Origin: Bdellovibrionota bacterium
GTDB lineage: Bacteria > Bdellovibrionota_C > UBA2361 > JBIKWN01
Reading direction: 5' to 3'
NCBI GenBank assembly: GCA_044356295.1
Contig: JBIKWN010000040.1
Span: 1-21,839 of the forward strand
DNA: 21,839 bases
Numbering within the stretch: the stretch's first letter is position 1; the number at the start of each line of letters is the position of its first letter. The notes below the pieces were generated by a model. It was not told where the DNA came from. It made no database searches and was given only the letters and a program-made list of their open reading frames with translations. The position numbers and the translations under genes were made by a program. Positions 8,287 through 17,879 of the stretch are shown here, piece by piece.

Positions 8287-8360
8287 CGGCACTCTCCACA
8301 GATCTATTTTTCACCGAAAGGTTAAAACGATTTCTGAGGCGAGTGCCATTTTTTAACACC

Positions 8361-9284
8361 TCAAAGCGAAGCAGCAATTAAAGCAAGTGGTCCTTGCTTA
8401 GTGCGATCATCCTGAAGAAGATCCTCAACTTCACTATCATTATCTAACACTGATAGCTCAACAGTTTCTCCACGTTTTTCTAAAAGCTTACCAACGATAA
8501 CGGTAAGTAATCTTCTATCAAATGTTTGAATAGCATCCGAAGCATTTAAATGAAGAGCTGCAGCAATATGAGTTTTTGCTTCATCGAGGTTATTCATTAA
8601 AAGCGAAGTTTCAACCCGTCTTAAATGATAGTTAAGTGAACCGTCGCCGCTTGCTGGAAGGATATTTTTAAACCAATAATCTGCAGATGAAGCTTTTCCA
8701 TAAAGTAAGAGTAAACGAATATGTTTTAATCCTTCATCTAAAGAACCGAGTGCGCTGTATGCATAAATTGAATAACAAAGTGCATCTTCCATACTACCGA
8801 TACGGACATATAAGTTCGCAAGTGAGCGTCCGAATATAGCCATTGAGCCTAGATCTGGGCGAGACTCAGCATCAGTAATGCCCTCTTTAAAGTATTGCTC
8901 AGCTAAAGGATAGTTTCCTAGTTCTGTATAGATTTTTCCAACCCAGATTCGGTACGTTAAATTAAGTGGATCTCGAGCATAGAGATCTTTAAAAATTTCT
9001 AGAGACTCATCGTACCGCTCTTGCATAAAAAGAGATGCCGCAAGATTCAAAAAAATTCTTTCTGCATTTGGTTGCAGCCACAATGCTTGGCGAAATCGAA
9101 ATTCAGCATCAACAAATCGGCCACCAGAAAGGTACCTGAGTCCTTCGTTATTAATACGCAGTGCATCAACTTCCTTTTCTGGAACAAGTGCTTGTCGTGT
9201 TGATTCAGGAGGCGCAATAAAACAACCCGTACAGAGTATTGGAATTAAAACGGCACAAAAGGCGGTTTTGAAAAATTGCATCAT
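8361..9284 (-). CDS. TPR-repeat protein, probable lipoprotein
   Basis: Signal peptide ending ILCTGC; TPR-like repeats (NNEG..Y...GRF..AE..FRQAL; GKIY..LGNY..AEQYF). 4-bp overlap with the upstream SDR gene. Confidence 0.8.
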   Translation of the reverse strand: MMQFFKTAFCAVLIPILCTGCFIAPPESTRQALVPEKEVDALRINNEGLRYLSGGRFVDAEFRFRQALWLQPNAERIFLNLAASLFMQERYDESLEIFKDLYARDPLNLTYRIWVGKIYTELGNYPLAEQYFKEGITDAESRPDLGSMAIFGRSLANLYVRIGSMEDALCYSIYAYSALGSLDEGLKHIRLLLLYGKASSADYWFKNILPASGDGSLNYHLRRVETSLLMNNLDEAKTHIAAALHLNASDAIQTFDRRLLTVIVGKLLEKRGETVELSVLDNDSEVEDLLQDDRTKQGPLALIAASL

Positions 9285-10021
9285 AGAGATAAGCGTTTAA
9301 AGATCCTCTCGGGTATAAGTTTAATGATTAACAGAATAAAACACCAAAACCATGGGACATAAACAATATCTTTCTTATTCTTAATCGCTTTATAAATGAT
9401 CGCCCCAGCTTTTGCGGCACTGGTAAAAAGGGCATTTTTGGGAATATGGGCTGTCATAGGAGACTCAACAAACCCAGGTTTTATCGTTATGACTGAGATC
9501 CCTTTTTTTGCCCCATAATTTCTTAATCCACTTAAAAAAGCATCTAATCCAGCTTTTGTAGCGCCGTACAGAAAATTTGATCCTCGCCCCCTATCACCAG
9601 CAACAGAAGAAATAACAGCAATCGTACCTTCGCGATTTTCAGTGATAAATTGTTGATACCAAATACAGCAGTGATCCATTGCAGAGATTAAATTTACTTG
9701 AAAAAGATCTGCTCGCTTGGTTGCATCAATCAGCACTTCTTCTTGTAAAGGTAAAACACCATATCCAACGTAAATCAGATCAACTGAGACCCCTAATTTT
9801 TTTACTTCTTCAAATAACTCAAGCGGGGCTTCTTTTGTTGCGAGTTCATTTTCTAAACAATGGATATCTGTAGCACCTCGCACTTTCAAGTCCTGCGCTA
9901 GCAGTTGAAGTTTTGTTTTATCTCTTCCTGCAAGGATAATAGTAGCGCGGTCAGATGCATATAAACGTAGCGTTTCAAAAACCATCGCTGACGTTGCTCC
10001 GATTGCAAGTATTGTTGTCAT
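9281..10021 (-). CDS. DprE2-like short-chain reductase
   Basis: GATSAM N-terminus, ISSVAGDRGRGSNFLYGATKAG (YxxxK), KPGFVESPMT; directly downstream of a DprE1-like gene. Confidence 0.85.
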   Translation of the reverse strand: MTTILAIGATSAMVFETLRLYASDRATIILAGRDKTKLQLLAQDLKVRGATDIHCLENELATKEAPLELFEEVKKLGVSVDLIYVGYGVLPLQEEVLIDATKRADLFQVNLISAMDHCCIWYQQFITENREGTIAVISSVAGDRGRGSNFLYGATKAGLDAFLSGLRNYGAKKGISVITIKPGFVESPMTAHIPKNALFTSAAKAGAIIYKAIKNKKDIVYVPWFWCFILLIIKLIPERIFKRLSL

Positions 10022-11313
10022 AGTACCCTCCGACTAAAAGATGATGAAAATTTTGGATCAATATACTTCATAAAAAACGAAAGTTTTGGATACATATGAT
10101 GGAAACTTTCCTTACTCATTAAACCATCTTTTGCAGGATACAGAGCACCATTACAATCCATGACAATCTTTTCAAGAATTTTAAACAATTGAACGGTACG
10201 TTCACCTTTGTAAGCAAAATCAAGTGTCAGTGTAGTACCTTCCCGTGGAAAAGAAAGAAGACCTGGAGAATCGATAGAGCCAAACTCTTTTATTACTGCA
10301 AGAAAAGAAGCAGAACCAAATTTTTTTGCTTCTCGCAGTATCTGTTGAATTCCTGTTTCTTTATATGAAGGAGGAATGACGCATTGAAATTGCAGAAATC
10401 CATTTTTCCCATACATTCTATTCCAGTGATTGACTCCATCGAGTGGATAAAAAAACGGGTCATAGTGGACTGTACTTTGGGTGATACGATTTCTGAGGCG
10501 ATGATAATACAACACATTAAATGCTTGAATTGAAAATCGATTTAAAGCCCAACTGGGTAAATTAATTGGGCATGAAATTTTAGGTTCTCGGTGTGAAATT
10601 TTTTCACCGTGTACTGCATGTTCACCAGAGATAAAATGTCCTCTGCCTATCCCATCGTTTTCAGTTAAGCAATCAATCCAGGAAACGGTATATGTTGCAT
10701 CGCACGATTTGGAGATTGAAAAAAATTCGGAAAGCGAGGAAAACTTTTCAACTTTTTGATCAATATACGCTGAGGTTATTGGAATCAATTTAAGTGTTGC
10801 ATTCAATATAAATCCAGTGAGACCAATACCTGCAATTGTTGCAGCAAAATAATCTGCATTCTCGGTTGGACTACATTCTAAAATTTCACCGGATGATCGT
10901 AATAAAGATAACCTTGTTACCCACCTTCCAAACGTACCAGCGCCATGGTGATTTTTACCGTGGATATCATTAGCAATTGCACCGCCAAGCGAAACAAATT
11001 TTGTTCCAGGACTTACGGGAATAAAAAAACCTTTCGGAACTATGATTTTTAAAATTTCATCAAGAGTCATCCCGGCTTCTGCTGTTATAAGTCCAGCATC
11101 AGTATCTAAACTGAGTGCACGGTTCAAATACTGAGTCTTAATCAGAGTGCCGTCTTGATTCAGACATGCATCTGCATAACTTCTTGCTTGTCCTTGTGCA
11201 AGAAGTGAAGGTTGATTCAAGTTTATGTGGCTACTCCAAAAAGGAGTCTGAATCTCTCTATGAGATACCTTTGGGTATTTCCCCCAAGATTGAAATTGAT
11301 CTGAGTCTTTCAT
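10018..11313 (-). CDS. DprE1-like FAD-binding oxidoreductase (polyprenyl-phospho-ribose 2'-oxidase)
   Basis: RSYADA, PVSPGTKFVSLGGAIANDIHGKNHH, GFLQFQ, LSFP..G.TLTLDF, LYPAKD. Confidence 0.9.
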   Translation of the reverse strand: MKDSDQFQSWGKYPKVSHREIQTPFWSSHINLNQPSLLAQGQARSYADACLNQDGTLIKTQYLNRALSLDTDAGLITAEAGMTLDEILKIIVPKGFFIPVSPGTKFVSLGGAIANDIHGKNHHGAGTFGRWVTRLSLLRSSGEILECSPTENADYFAATIAGIGLTGFILNATLKLIPITSAYIDQKVEKFSSLSEFFSISKSCDATYTVSWIDCLTENDGIGRGHFISGEHAVHGEKISHREPKISCPINLPSWALNRFSIQAFNVLYYHRLRNRITQSTVHYDPFFYPLDGVNHWNRMYGKNGFLQFQCVIPPSYKETGIQQILREAKKFGSASFLAVIKEFGSIDSPGLLSFPREGTTLTLDFAYKGERTVQLFKILEKIVMDCNGALYPAKDGLMSKESFHHMYPKLSFFMKYIDPKFSSSFSRRVL

Positions 11314-11315
11314 AG

Positions 11316-12191
11316 CTATAGAGAAGAGAGAACAATAATAAGAAGTATTAATCCTACAAAGTAACTTGCTTTATCTTTTAGGGCAAAGACAACTGGATCC
11401 TCATGCATCTCGCCTCGTTTTGTTTTTAGCCAAACTCGACAGACCCAGTAAAAAAATAAAGGACATAAAAGCCATAAGTGCTCAGCGTGACTATACAGTA
11501 CGGTTACATCGGCACTATTTAAGTAGAGTGCTAATACTAAAATTGAAAGAAATCCACTTGTAATCCCAAATTGGCTAATCAGACTTAAATCATCAGCACG
11601 GTATCCTCGTCTTCGAAATGTAAGATCATTTTCATCTGCAAGTGATAAAAGCTCATCATATCGCTTCACACAGGCAAGACTAAAAAATAAAAACATTGAA
11701 AATGCCAAAAGCCACTGTGAGATCGGAACACTGCAAGCAACAGCTCCTGCAAAGATTCTTATCGAATAAAGAGATGCCAGGGTTAAAATATCTACAATTG
11801 GAATTCGTTTTAATTGAAATGAGTAAAGTGTTGTCAGTATAAAATAACAACTCACGACGCCAAGAAATTCAGTCCCAATCACCAGTGCAAGTGCAAAACC
11901 AAGCGAAAGCAAAAATGGAACAGTAAACAGCCCAACGGTTCGAGTAATTTCACCTGATGCAAGTGGTCGAAACTTCTTTTTAGGATGAGCTCTATCCGCT
12001 TCTATATCTACAATGTCATTAATAACGTAAACAGCTGAAGCAATCAGTGAGAAACTAAAAAAGGCTCCAACTGCGCCACTCAGTGTTAAAGAATCCTGCC
12101 AACGGTGAGCCATAACCACTGGGACAAATAGGAGAAGGTTTTTTACCCATTGGTGCAAACGAAGGAGTTTCAGTAATGGCTTAATATTCAT
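11316..12191 (-). CDS. UbiA-family polyprenyl-phosphate phosphoribosyltransferase (DPPR synthase-like)
   Basis: RLHQWVKNLLLF, YVINDIVDIEADRAHPKKKFRPLASG, KRYDEL, DPVVFALKD. ATG at 12191 preferred over the track start at 12218. Confidence 0.9.
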   Translation of the reverse strand: MNIKPLLKLLRLHQWVKNLLLFVPVVMAHRWQDSLTLSGAVGAFFSFSLIASAVYVINDIVDIEADRAHPKKKFRPLASGEITRTVGLFTVPFLLSLGFALALVIGTEFLGVVSCYFILTTLYSFQLKRIPIVDILTLASLYSIRIFAGAVACSVPISQWLLAFSMFLFFSLACVKRYDELLSLADENDLTFRRRGYRADDLSLISQFGITSGFLSILVLALYLNSADVTVLYSHAEHLWLLCPLFFYWVCRVWLKTKRGEMHEDPVVFALKDKASYFVGLILLIIVLSSL

Positions 12192-12342
12192 AATCAAAAT
12201 AAAACTGAAAAATAACACTGTTTATAAATGTGATGGGTGCCGCTATCCCACTGAATCTCTTTGAAAAATGACAGTGAAATTATGTAGTTATTTCTGCTAC
12301 AATTTTGGATCATATAGACTATTTTAAGCATCTTACTCGAAT

Positions 12343-12879
12343 ATGACTGCAATCCGAAACATACTTATCTTGTTGATATCCTTCTGTCTAATTAGCTGTG
12401 GTGGAGGTGGTGGTGGCTCTGATCCTAATGAGCCTGCAACTGAACCTGCATTCACTAATTTGGTGGTTCAACCTACGGCGCTTGATGCAGGAGATAAGAT
12501 AAATATCACTATCTATCTACAAGAAATAAATAAAGATGGAATTGTAGTTAAGATTAGAGTCCCCTCTTCTGTACTGTATTTTAACGATACAGGATTTCTC
12601 AACGTTGATGGCAATCAACAAAATATAGACCCTGAGTTTTATCAGTCGGCTAATAATTTTAATTATTTAGTCTACGTATTAAGCCGCGATCAATTTGGTG
12701 AATCAAATGAAGGGACTGTTACTGTTCAATTTCAAGCTTCTGCAGCAGTTGCAGCGGGTGCAGTCGCAGTTGATGTTGATTTTAAAGATACAAGTCTTTC
12801 AAATGCTGAGCAATTTGATATTGATAATCCTAGATTCAGCGCTCAAGATACAGTCGATATTGTGGTAACCAATAGTTAA
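12343..12879 (+). CDS. Hypothetical lipoprotein, beta-rich domain
   Basis: Lipobox LISC followed by a Gly-rich linker; alternating beta-strand pattern. Confidence 0.8.
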   Translation: MTAIRNILILLISFCLISCGGGGGGSDPNEPATEPAFTNLVVQPTALDAGDKINITIYLQEINKDGIVVKIRVPSSVLYFNDTGFLNVDGNQQNIDPEFYQSANNFNYLVYVLSRDQFGESNEGTVTVQFQASAAVAAGAVAVDVDFKDTSLSNAEQFDIDNPRFSAQDTVDIVVTNS

Positions 12880-13809
12880 ATGCTTGGTAAACTTTTCGGA
12901 GGTTTTAAGAAGCCAAATCAGGCGGCACCAGAAAAAGTTAAACTTTCTTCTGGTGTGAGCGATCAGATTATTGCTGTGGTTGGAGCTCGTGGAATCCCAC
13001 CGATGCCAGGGAATGCTCAAAAAGCTTTTTCGCTTGCAGTAAATCCTAAAGCTGAAGCAAGAGATTTTATTGATCTTATTAAATCCGATGAATCAATCTC
13101 TGCAAGAATACTGCGAGTTTCAAATTCAGTTTATTTTGACAGAGGAAAAAAAAGCACCTCTATCGAAGATGCCGTAGGTGTTATTGGTCTGAACGAACTT
13201 CGATCACTACTAAACGCTTCCTCCCTTACTGCTCTTTTTCCATCTTCACATCCTGCCCGTACACTTGCGTGGAATAACGATATTGCCACAGCACTGTTTT
13301 CTAAATTTTTATGTGATAGGTTCCTTCCCGAAATGTCCTCAAGTGCTTTCCTTGCGGGGCTCATGCATGACATTGGAAAGCTCCTTTTAATCCAACGATC
13401 TACTGATGAATATACAAAACTCTTAAGAAGAGTAGAATCTGACGGAATCCCCTTTCATGTTGCAGAAGCAGAAGTATTTCCTTTTGATCATACTGAAGCT
13501 GGACTCTTAGTAGCAGAGCGTTGGAATTTTACGGATGAATTAAAACTCGTAATTAAAAATCATCACTTACCCTTTAAGAGTCTTTCGCAAAGTAATTTTG
13601 TTGGAATAGTAAAAGCAGCAGACATGCTTACCTATGCAATTGGTGTCGTTGGAGGCGCATCTTATAATCGGCTAAGAACTTCGCTTGAGGAACAACTCCC
13701 TTCTATCTGGTCATACCTTGAAATATCTGCGGCTGATGGCTCAGAGATGTGCAAGCAATTAAAACATTTATATGATTCTGAATCGGATCTATACCGTTCA
13801 CATACGTAG
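12880..13809 (+). CDS. Stand-alone HDOD domain protein
   Basis: IPPMP, D..ISARILRVSNS.YF, SIEDAV..IG, AGLMHDIGKL, DHTEAG..VAERWNF, IKNHH. Confidence 0.92.
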   Translation: MLGKLFGGFKKPNQAAPEKVKLSSGVSDQIIAVVGARGIPPMPGNAQKAFSLAVNPKAEARDFIDLIKSDESISARILRVSNSVYFDRGKKSTSIEDAVGVIGLNELRSLLNASSLTALFPSSHPARTLAWNNDIATALFSKFLCDRFLPEMSSSAFLAGLMHDIGKLLLIQRSTDEYTKLLRRVESDGIPFHVAEAEVFPFDHTEAGLLVAERWNFTDELKLVIKNHHLPFKSLSQSNFVGIVKAADMLTYAIGVVGGASYNRLRTSLEEQLPSIWSYLEISAADGSEMCKQLKHLYDSESDLYRSHT

Positions 13810-15026
13810 TGGTAATCCCAATGGATATGACGATTCTTACTATCGGATTATTGGTTGGCCTCGGGCTGCTCCTATCCTTTTCTGGCGGCTATTGGTTTGC
13901 TAATAAAAGAAATGAAGATGATGAAGACTCTAATGATAATGACATCATTTCAGAATCGAGTCTAAAAAATAACAATGGCAAAGATGCGTTGCATCATCTC
14001 TCTGCAGCTATCATTGAAAGAGATAAACATAGTAAAATTATTTTTTGTAGCCCATATACTGAAGTACTCACAGGCTACAGCTTGCAAGAGATCTATGAAG
14101 CAAAAGAAGATTTTTTTCTTACAATTTGCCCTGAAGATCACAAAGAAAGGATTTTTCGCTCATTAAAAATTTCAGAACTAAGCGGCGAGCCTTTCCAGTT
14201 TCAATTCCCTTTCCTGCATAAAAGCGGGATCGAAATGTGGGCTGAATCAAGAGTTGTTCCACTTTTTGATGATGAGCAAGAAGTATGTGGTACAATTTCT
14301 GTCACCCTCGATGTTACTGCAATGGTTCTTCAACAAAAATTAGTCGAACTCAAAAATAGCGAACTCAAAGAATTCACTTCTATTGTTTCACACGATTTAA
14401 AAGCGCCCATTTATACTATTAATGGTCTTATCAATGTCATTAAAGAAGATTTTGAACAGGAATTGCCACCTTCAGCATTAGAAATATTTTCAACAATTGA
14501 GCATTCTGGTCGCCGCCTTGAGCAGCTCGTTCAAGCAATTCTTGAATATGCACGCCTTGGTGTTAAAGAATTTTTAATAGTTCCAGTACCTCTTTCTGAA
14601 GTATTTGAGGATGTATTAGCAGAACATACACATTCAATTGACTCACTCAAAGTCAATATTACTTCTGAATCACTTCCAGAAGTTCTTGGTGATAGGTCTG
14701 CCTTAACTCAAATCTTTAGTAACTTAATTGGCAATGCAATCAAGTACCGAAAACCTGAAGTTCCTCTCGAAATTAAAATTAGTAGTGAAGCAACACAGAG
14801 TTATAAACAGATAAAGATAAAGATTGAAGATAACGGAATTGGTATACCCGCAGACCGTGTCCTCGATGTTTTTAAACCTTTTGTTCGTGTGCATGAACAT
14901 GAAGTTGAAGGTTCTGGAGTTGGGCTTGCTACCGTTAAAAAACTTGTTGAACGTTTCGGAGGATCCGTTTACGTTGAATCAATATCGACTGGCTCATTAT
15001 TTACAGTAATACTACGGACACCATGA
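13809..15026 (+). CDS. PAS-domain sensor histidine kinase with a single N-terminal TM
   Basis: H-box VSHDLKAPI, N-box QIFSNLIGNAIKY, G1 DNGIG, F-box VFKPF, G2 GSGVGLA; PAS pattern (EVLTGYS..E..HKSG..MW.E). The start could be ATG at 13821. Confidence 0.93.
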   Translation: MVIPMDMTILTIGLLVGLGLLLSFSGGYWFANKRNEDDEDSNDNDIISESSLKNNNGKDALHHLSAAIIERDKHSKIIFCSPYTEVLTGYSLQEIYEAKEDFFLTICPEDHKERIFRSLKISELSGEPFQFQFPFLHKSGIEMWAESRVVPLFDDEQEVCGTISVTLDVTAMVLQQKLVELKNSELKEFTSIVSHDLKAPIYTINGLINVIKEDFEQELPPSALEIFSTIEHSGRRLEQLVQAILEYARLGVKEFLIVPVPLSEVFEDVLAEHTHSIDSLKVNITSESLPEVLGDRSALTQIFSNLIGNAIKYRKPEVPLEIKISSEATQSYKQIKIKIEDNGIGIPADRVLDVFKPFVRVHEHEVEGSGVGLATVKKLVERFGGSVYVESISTGSLFTVILRTP

Positions 15027-15628
15027 ATACGTATTCAAAATTAGTACTCTCATTTTTTTTTATCATTGTTAGTAGCTCTGTATGTGCGCAATCTCTCCGT
15101 TATATGGATGAATCTGGACAGCTTCACTTTGTTGACTCCATTTACCAAGTTCCTCCCCGATACAGAAATCAAGTATTAGTCCCAACTCCTGTTCCAACTG
15201 GCAAAGCTCGCATTGTACGTCCGACTCCTAAACCTAGACCAACCAAAACGCCACGACCTCCAAAAAATGATCCTCGAAAAAAACAGGCTCCAAATGTTGG
15301 ATCGACAAGTTTAATAGGAAACTATCCAGCTCCAGGTCAAATCCCAGTTCAAAATAATCAAGTTGGACCTCGTCAGCCAAGAGCTCCATACCCAGTCTTA
15401 CAAGCACCTGTAATCCCTTCTGGAGTACCAGAAGGAGTTATTAATCCTTCTATTTTTACACCCACACCAACCGCTACTCCAACTGAAACCATTGTTCTAC
15501 CTACTAATACGCCGGCCCCCCCTACTGCTACACCTACGCCAACACTTACTCCAACTCGTACACAAACCCCTAAAGCAACTTTTACTTACACTTTTGAAGA
15601 AACGCTTCTTTTAGAACAGCAACAATAG
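15023..15628 (+). CDS. Secreted Pro/Thr-rich protein with DUF4124-like N-terminus
   Basis: Signal peptide, then RYMDESGQLHFVDS...VPPRYR; long PT/TP low-complexity region; 4-bp ATGA overlap with the kinase. Confidence 0.7.
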   Translation: MNTYSKLVLSFFFIIVSSSVCAQSLRYMDESGQLHFVDSIYQVPPRYRNQVLVPTPVPTGKARIVRPTPKPRPTKTPRPPKNDPRKKQAPNVGSTSLIGNYPAPGQIPVQNNQVGPRQPRAPYPVLQAPVIPSGVPEGVINPSIFTPTPTATPTETIVLPTNTPAPPTATPTPTLTPTRTQTPKATFTYTFEETLLLEQQQ

Positions 15629-15638
15629 GTATCGATAA
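15612..15638 (+). promoter_or_regulatory. Candidate sigma-28 (FliA) promoter for motAB
   Basis: TAGA-N15-ATCGATAA versus consensus TAAA-N15-GCCGATAA, with exact spacing, 77 nt upstream of motA. Confidence 0.45.
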
Positions 15639-15715
15639 CTTTTTTCAAACAGAGTTCCCTACTTTTCTATAAAGAAATCTCTCTGAAAGAACGAATTCTC
15701 CTTTAAGGAGATCTC

Positions 15716-16576
15716 ATGGGAGTTATTGGCGGATACATAGGCGTACTGCTTTGCGTAATTATTGGACTTGTAGGTCCTGGAGGTAATCCACTTGTTCTTC
15801 TCCAACCATTCGAGCTTCTCGTAATTGGTGGGGGTGGACTGATGACAGTTTTGATCTCAACTCCTGGCAATGTTATCAAACAAATTGTTCCAACAATTGT
15901 AATTTCACTGAAAGGAAGTGGTGTTACAAAAAGCAAATATATTGAGCTCTTAGGATTAATGGCAAGTATTTTTGATGTCATGCGTCGAGAAGGTGTACTT
16001 GGTATCGAAGGTGATCTTTCAAATCCTCATGAAAGTGCACGATTCAATAAATTTCCAATGATTTCCCATGACCATCACGTTATGGAAACACTGTGCGGTG
16101 CACTAAGACTCTTCGTTGATGGAGTGGTTAATGCTTTTGACTTGGAACGATTACTCGATACAGAAATCGAAGTGCACCACGAAGAAGCACTACTCGTACC
16201 AAGTGCTGTTACAAAACTTGCTGATGCATTCCCTGCTCTTGGGATTGTTGCGTGCGTACTTGGGATTATCATCACGATGGGTCACTTAGATGGACCACCA
16301 AGTGAAATCGGAGCACACGTAGGAGCCGCTCTTGTAGGTACGATGTTAGGTATTCTTCTTTCATACGGATTTGTTGGACCACTAGCAACAAACATGGAAC
16401 ACGTTGTACGTGAGCAAACTGGTATTTATAAAGCTATACAAGCTGGATTAGTATCATTTGCAGGGGGATCTCCTCCTCAAGTAGCACTTGAATTCGCTAG
16501 AAAAAATATTCCTGGAAATCTTCGTCCATCAGCTGAAGAACTTGAGGAACTTATCAAGGCAGCCAAAGCTAGGTAA
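15716..16576 (+). CDS. motA: Flagellar motor stator protein A
   Basis: LLQPFELLVIGGG, RREGVLGIE (torque residues), ADAFPALGIVACVLGII, ALVGTMLGILLSYGFVGP, PPQVALEFARK; AAGGAG RBS. Confidence 0.96.
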   Translation: MGVIGGYIGVLLCVIIGLVGPGGNPLVLLQPFELLVIGGGGLMTVLISTPGNVIKQIVPTIVISLKGSGVTKSKYIELLGLMASIFDVMRREGVLGIEGDLSNPHESARFNKFPMISHDHHVMETLCGALRLFVDGVVNAFDLERLLDTEIEVHHEEALLVPSAVTKLADAFPALGIVACVLGIIITMGHLDGPPSEIGAHVGAALVGTMLGILLSYGFVGPLATNMEHVVREQTGIYKAIQAGLVSFAGGSPPQVALEFARKNIPGNLRPSAEELEELIKAAKAR

Positions 16577-16583
16577 ATAGATC

Positions 16584-17804
16584 ATGGCCGATGACAAACC
16601 AATTATCGTCATTAAAAAGAAAGGTGGTCATGGTGGTCACCATGGTGGTGCATGGAAAATTGCTTACGCTGACTTTGTAACAGCGATGATGGCGTTCTTT
16701 ATGGTGATGTGGCTTCTTAGTGCTGCGCAAAGTAGTGTGCGCAAATCAATTTCCAGTTATTTCAGACGTCCTGGTATTTTCAGTGAAGGTTCAGGAACAC
16801 CACTTATGATCGGTGCAAACGGAATCCTCAATGATGGCGTACCACCTGCCCAATATAAGGGAACAATGGAAATAGATGGTACCATTCAAGAAGCACCGAA
16901 GCGAAAAGAGATGTTAGCAGGAGAGGATCTCGCAGAAAAAATCGACATGAAGATTGCAGAGCTCAAACGTTTACTTGAAGAATTGAAAAAGAAAGGAGAC
17001 GGTGAAGCAGAAGAATTCTTGAAGCAGCTTTCACAAGAAGCTGAACAGCAAAAATCACAAGAAGAGAAAATGAAAGAGCTTGCTGATCAGATTAAACAAG
17101 AAATTGTTTCATCACCTGAACTTAAAGAACTATTAGGAGCAGTCGACGTTAAAATTGATGCCGATGGACTTAATATTGAAATCATGGATACCGCCCAGTC
17201 TTCTATGTTTACTTCTGGGAGTGCAACAATTTTGCCAGATGCTTCAAAAGCTTTTACAAAGCTTGCTGGAATTTTAAATACTGTACCGAATAAGATTGAT
17301 ATCATTGGACATACCGATGCAAAACCTTACCGAAGTCGTACTGGCTTTTATACGAACTGGGAGCTATCAGCTGACCGCGCAAATGCTGCAAGAAAATTAC
17401 TCGAATCGCAGGGATTAGAAACTGGACGTATTGAAAGTGTCATTGGAAAAGCAGATTCTGAGCTCAAAAATAAAGAACTTCCTGAAGATGCTTCAAATAG
17501 ACGTATCACTCTAAAAATTCGATTTAGCAAACAACCCAAAACAGATCTTTCAAAAACTCCAGACATGCTCAAAAACTTTGCATCGATTGAGCAAAAGTGG
17601 CGTAAAGAGACTGAAACTAAACCGGATAGCAAAGAAACCGTGCATTCAATGACTGTTGATGATGTCATCAATGAAGCAAAAGCAGAGAAACGAAAAGAAG
17701 CTATTGAAAACGAGAAACGTATAGCTAAACCTACAGAAATTGAAAAAGGACTGATTTTTCAAGAAAATCCGGTTCTTGGACCTGCTGAATTCTTTGATAG
17801 ATAA
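16584..17804 (+). CDS. motB: Flagellar motor stator protein B (long form)
   Basis: HHGGAWKIAYADFVTAMMAFF with the ion-binding Asp; OmpA-like domain GHTD..NWELSADRANAAR..NRRI. Confidence 0.96.
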   Translation: MADDKPIIVIKKKGGHGGHHGGAWKIAYADFVTAMMAFFMVMWLLSAAQSSVRKSISSYFRRPGIFSEGSGTPLMIGANGILNDGVPPAQYKGTMEIDGTIQEAPKRKEMLAGEDLAEKIDMKIAELKRLLEELKKKGDGEAEEFLKQLSQEAEQQKSQEEKMKELADQIKQEIVSSPELKELLGAVDVKIDADGLNIEIMDTAQSSMFTSGSATILPDASKAFTKLAGILNTVPNKIDIIGHTDAKPYRSRTGFYTNWELSADRANAARKLLESQGLETGRIESVIGKADSELKNKELPEDASNRRITLKIRFSKQPKTDLSKTPDMLKNFASIEQKWRKETETKPDSKETVHSMTVDDVINEAKAEKRKEAIENEKRIAKPTEIEKGLIFQENPVLGPAEFFDR

Positions 17805-17879
17805 ATTTTATATAGGTTTCTTATACATTTCTTAAGCGTATTATCTTAAAATCCTATTTTATAGGAATATATACGTAAC

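Noticed and set aside
8102..8377. 91-aa minus-strand ORF
   Set aside because: Reads through the repeat array and overlaps both flanking genes; likely open only because the repeat lacks stops.
15180..15590. Apparent DNA repeats in the Pro/Thr-rich gene
   Set aside because: Explained by protein low complexity with varied codons; no exact nucleotide repeat unit.
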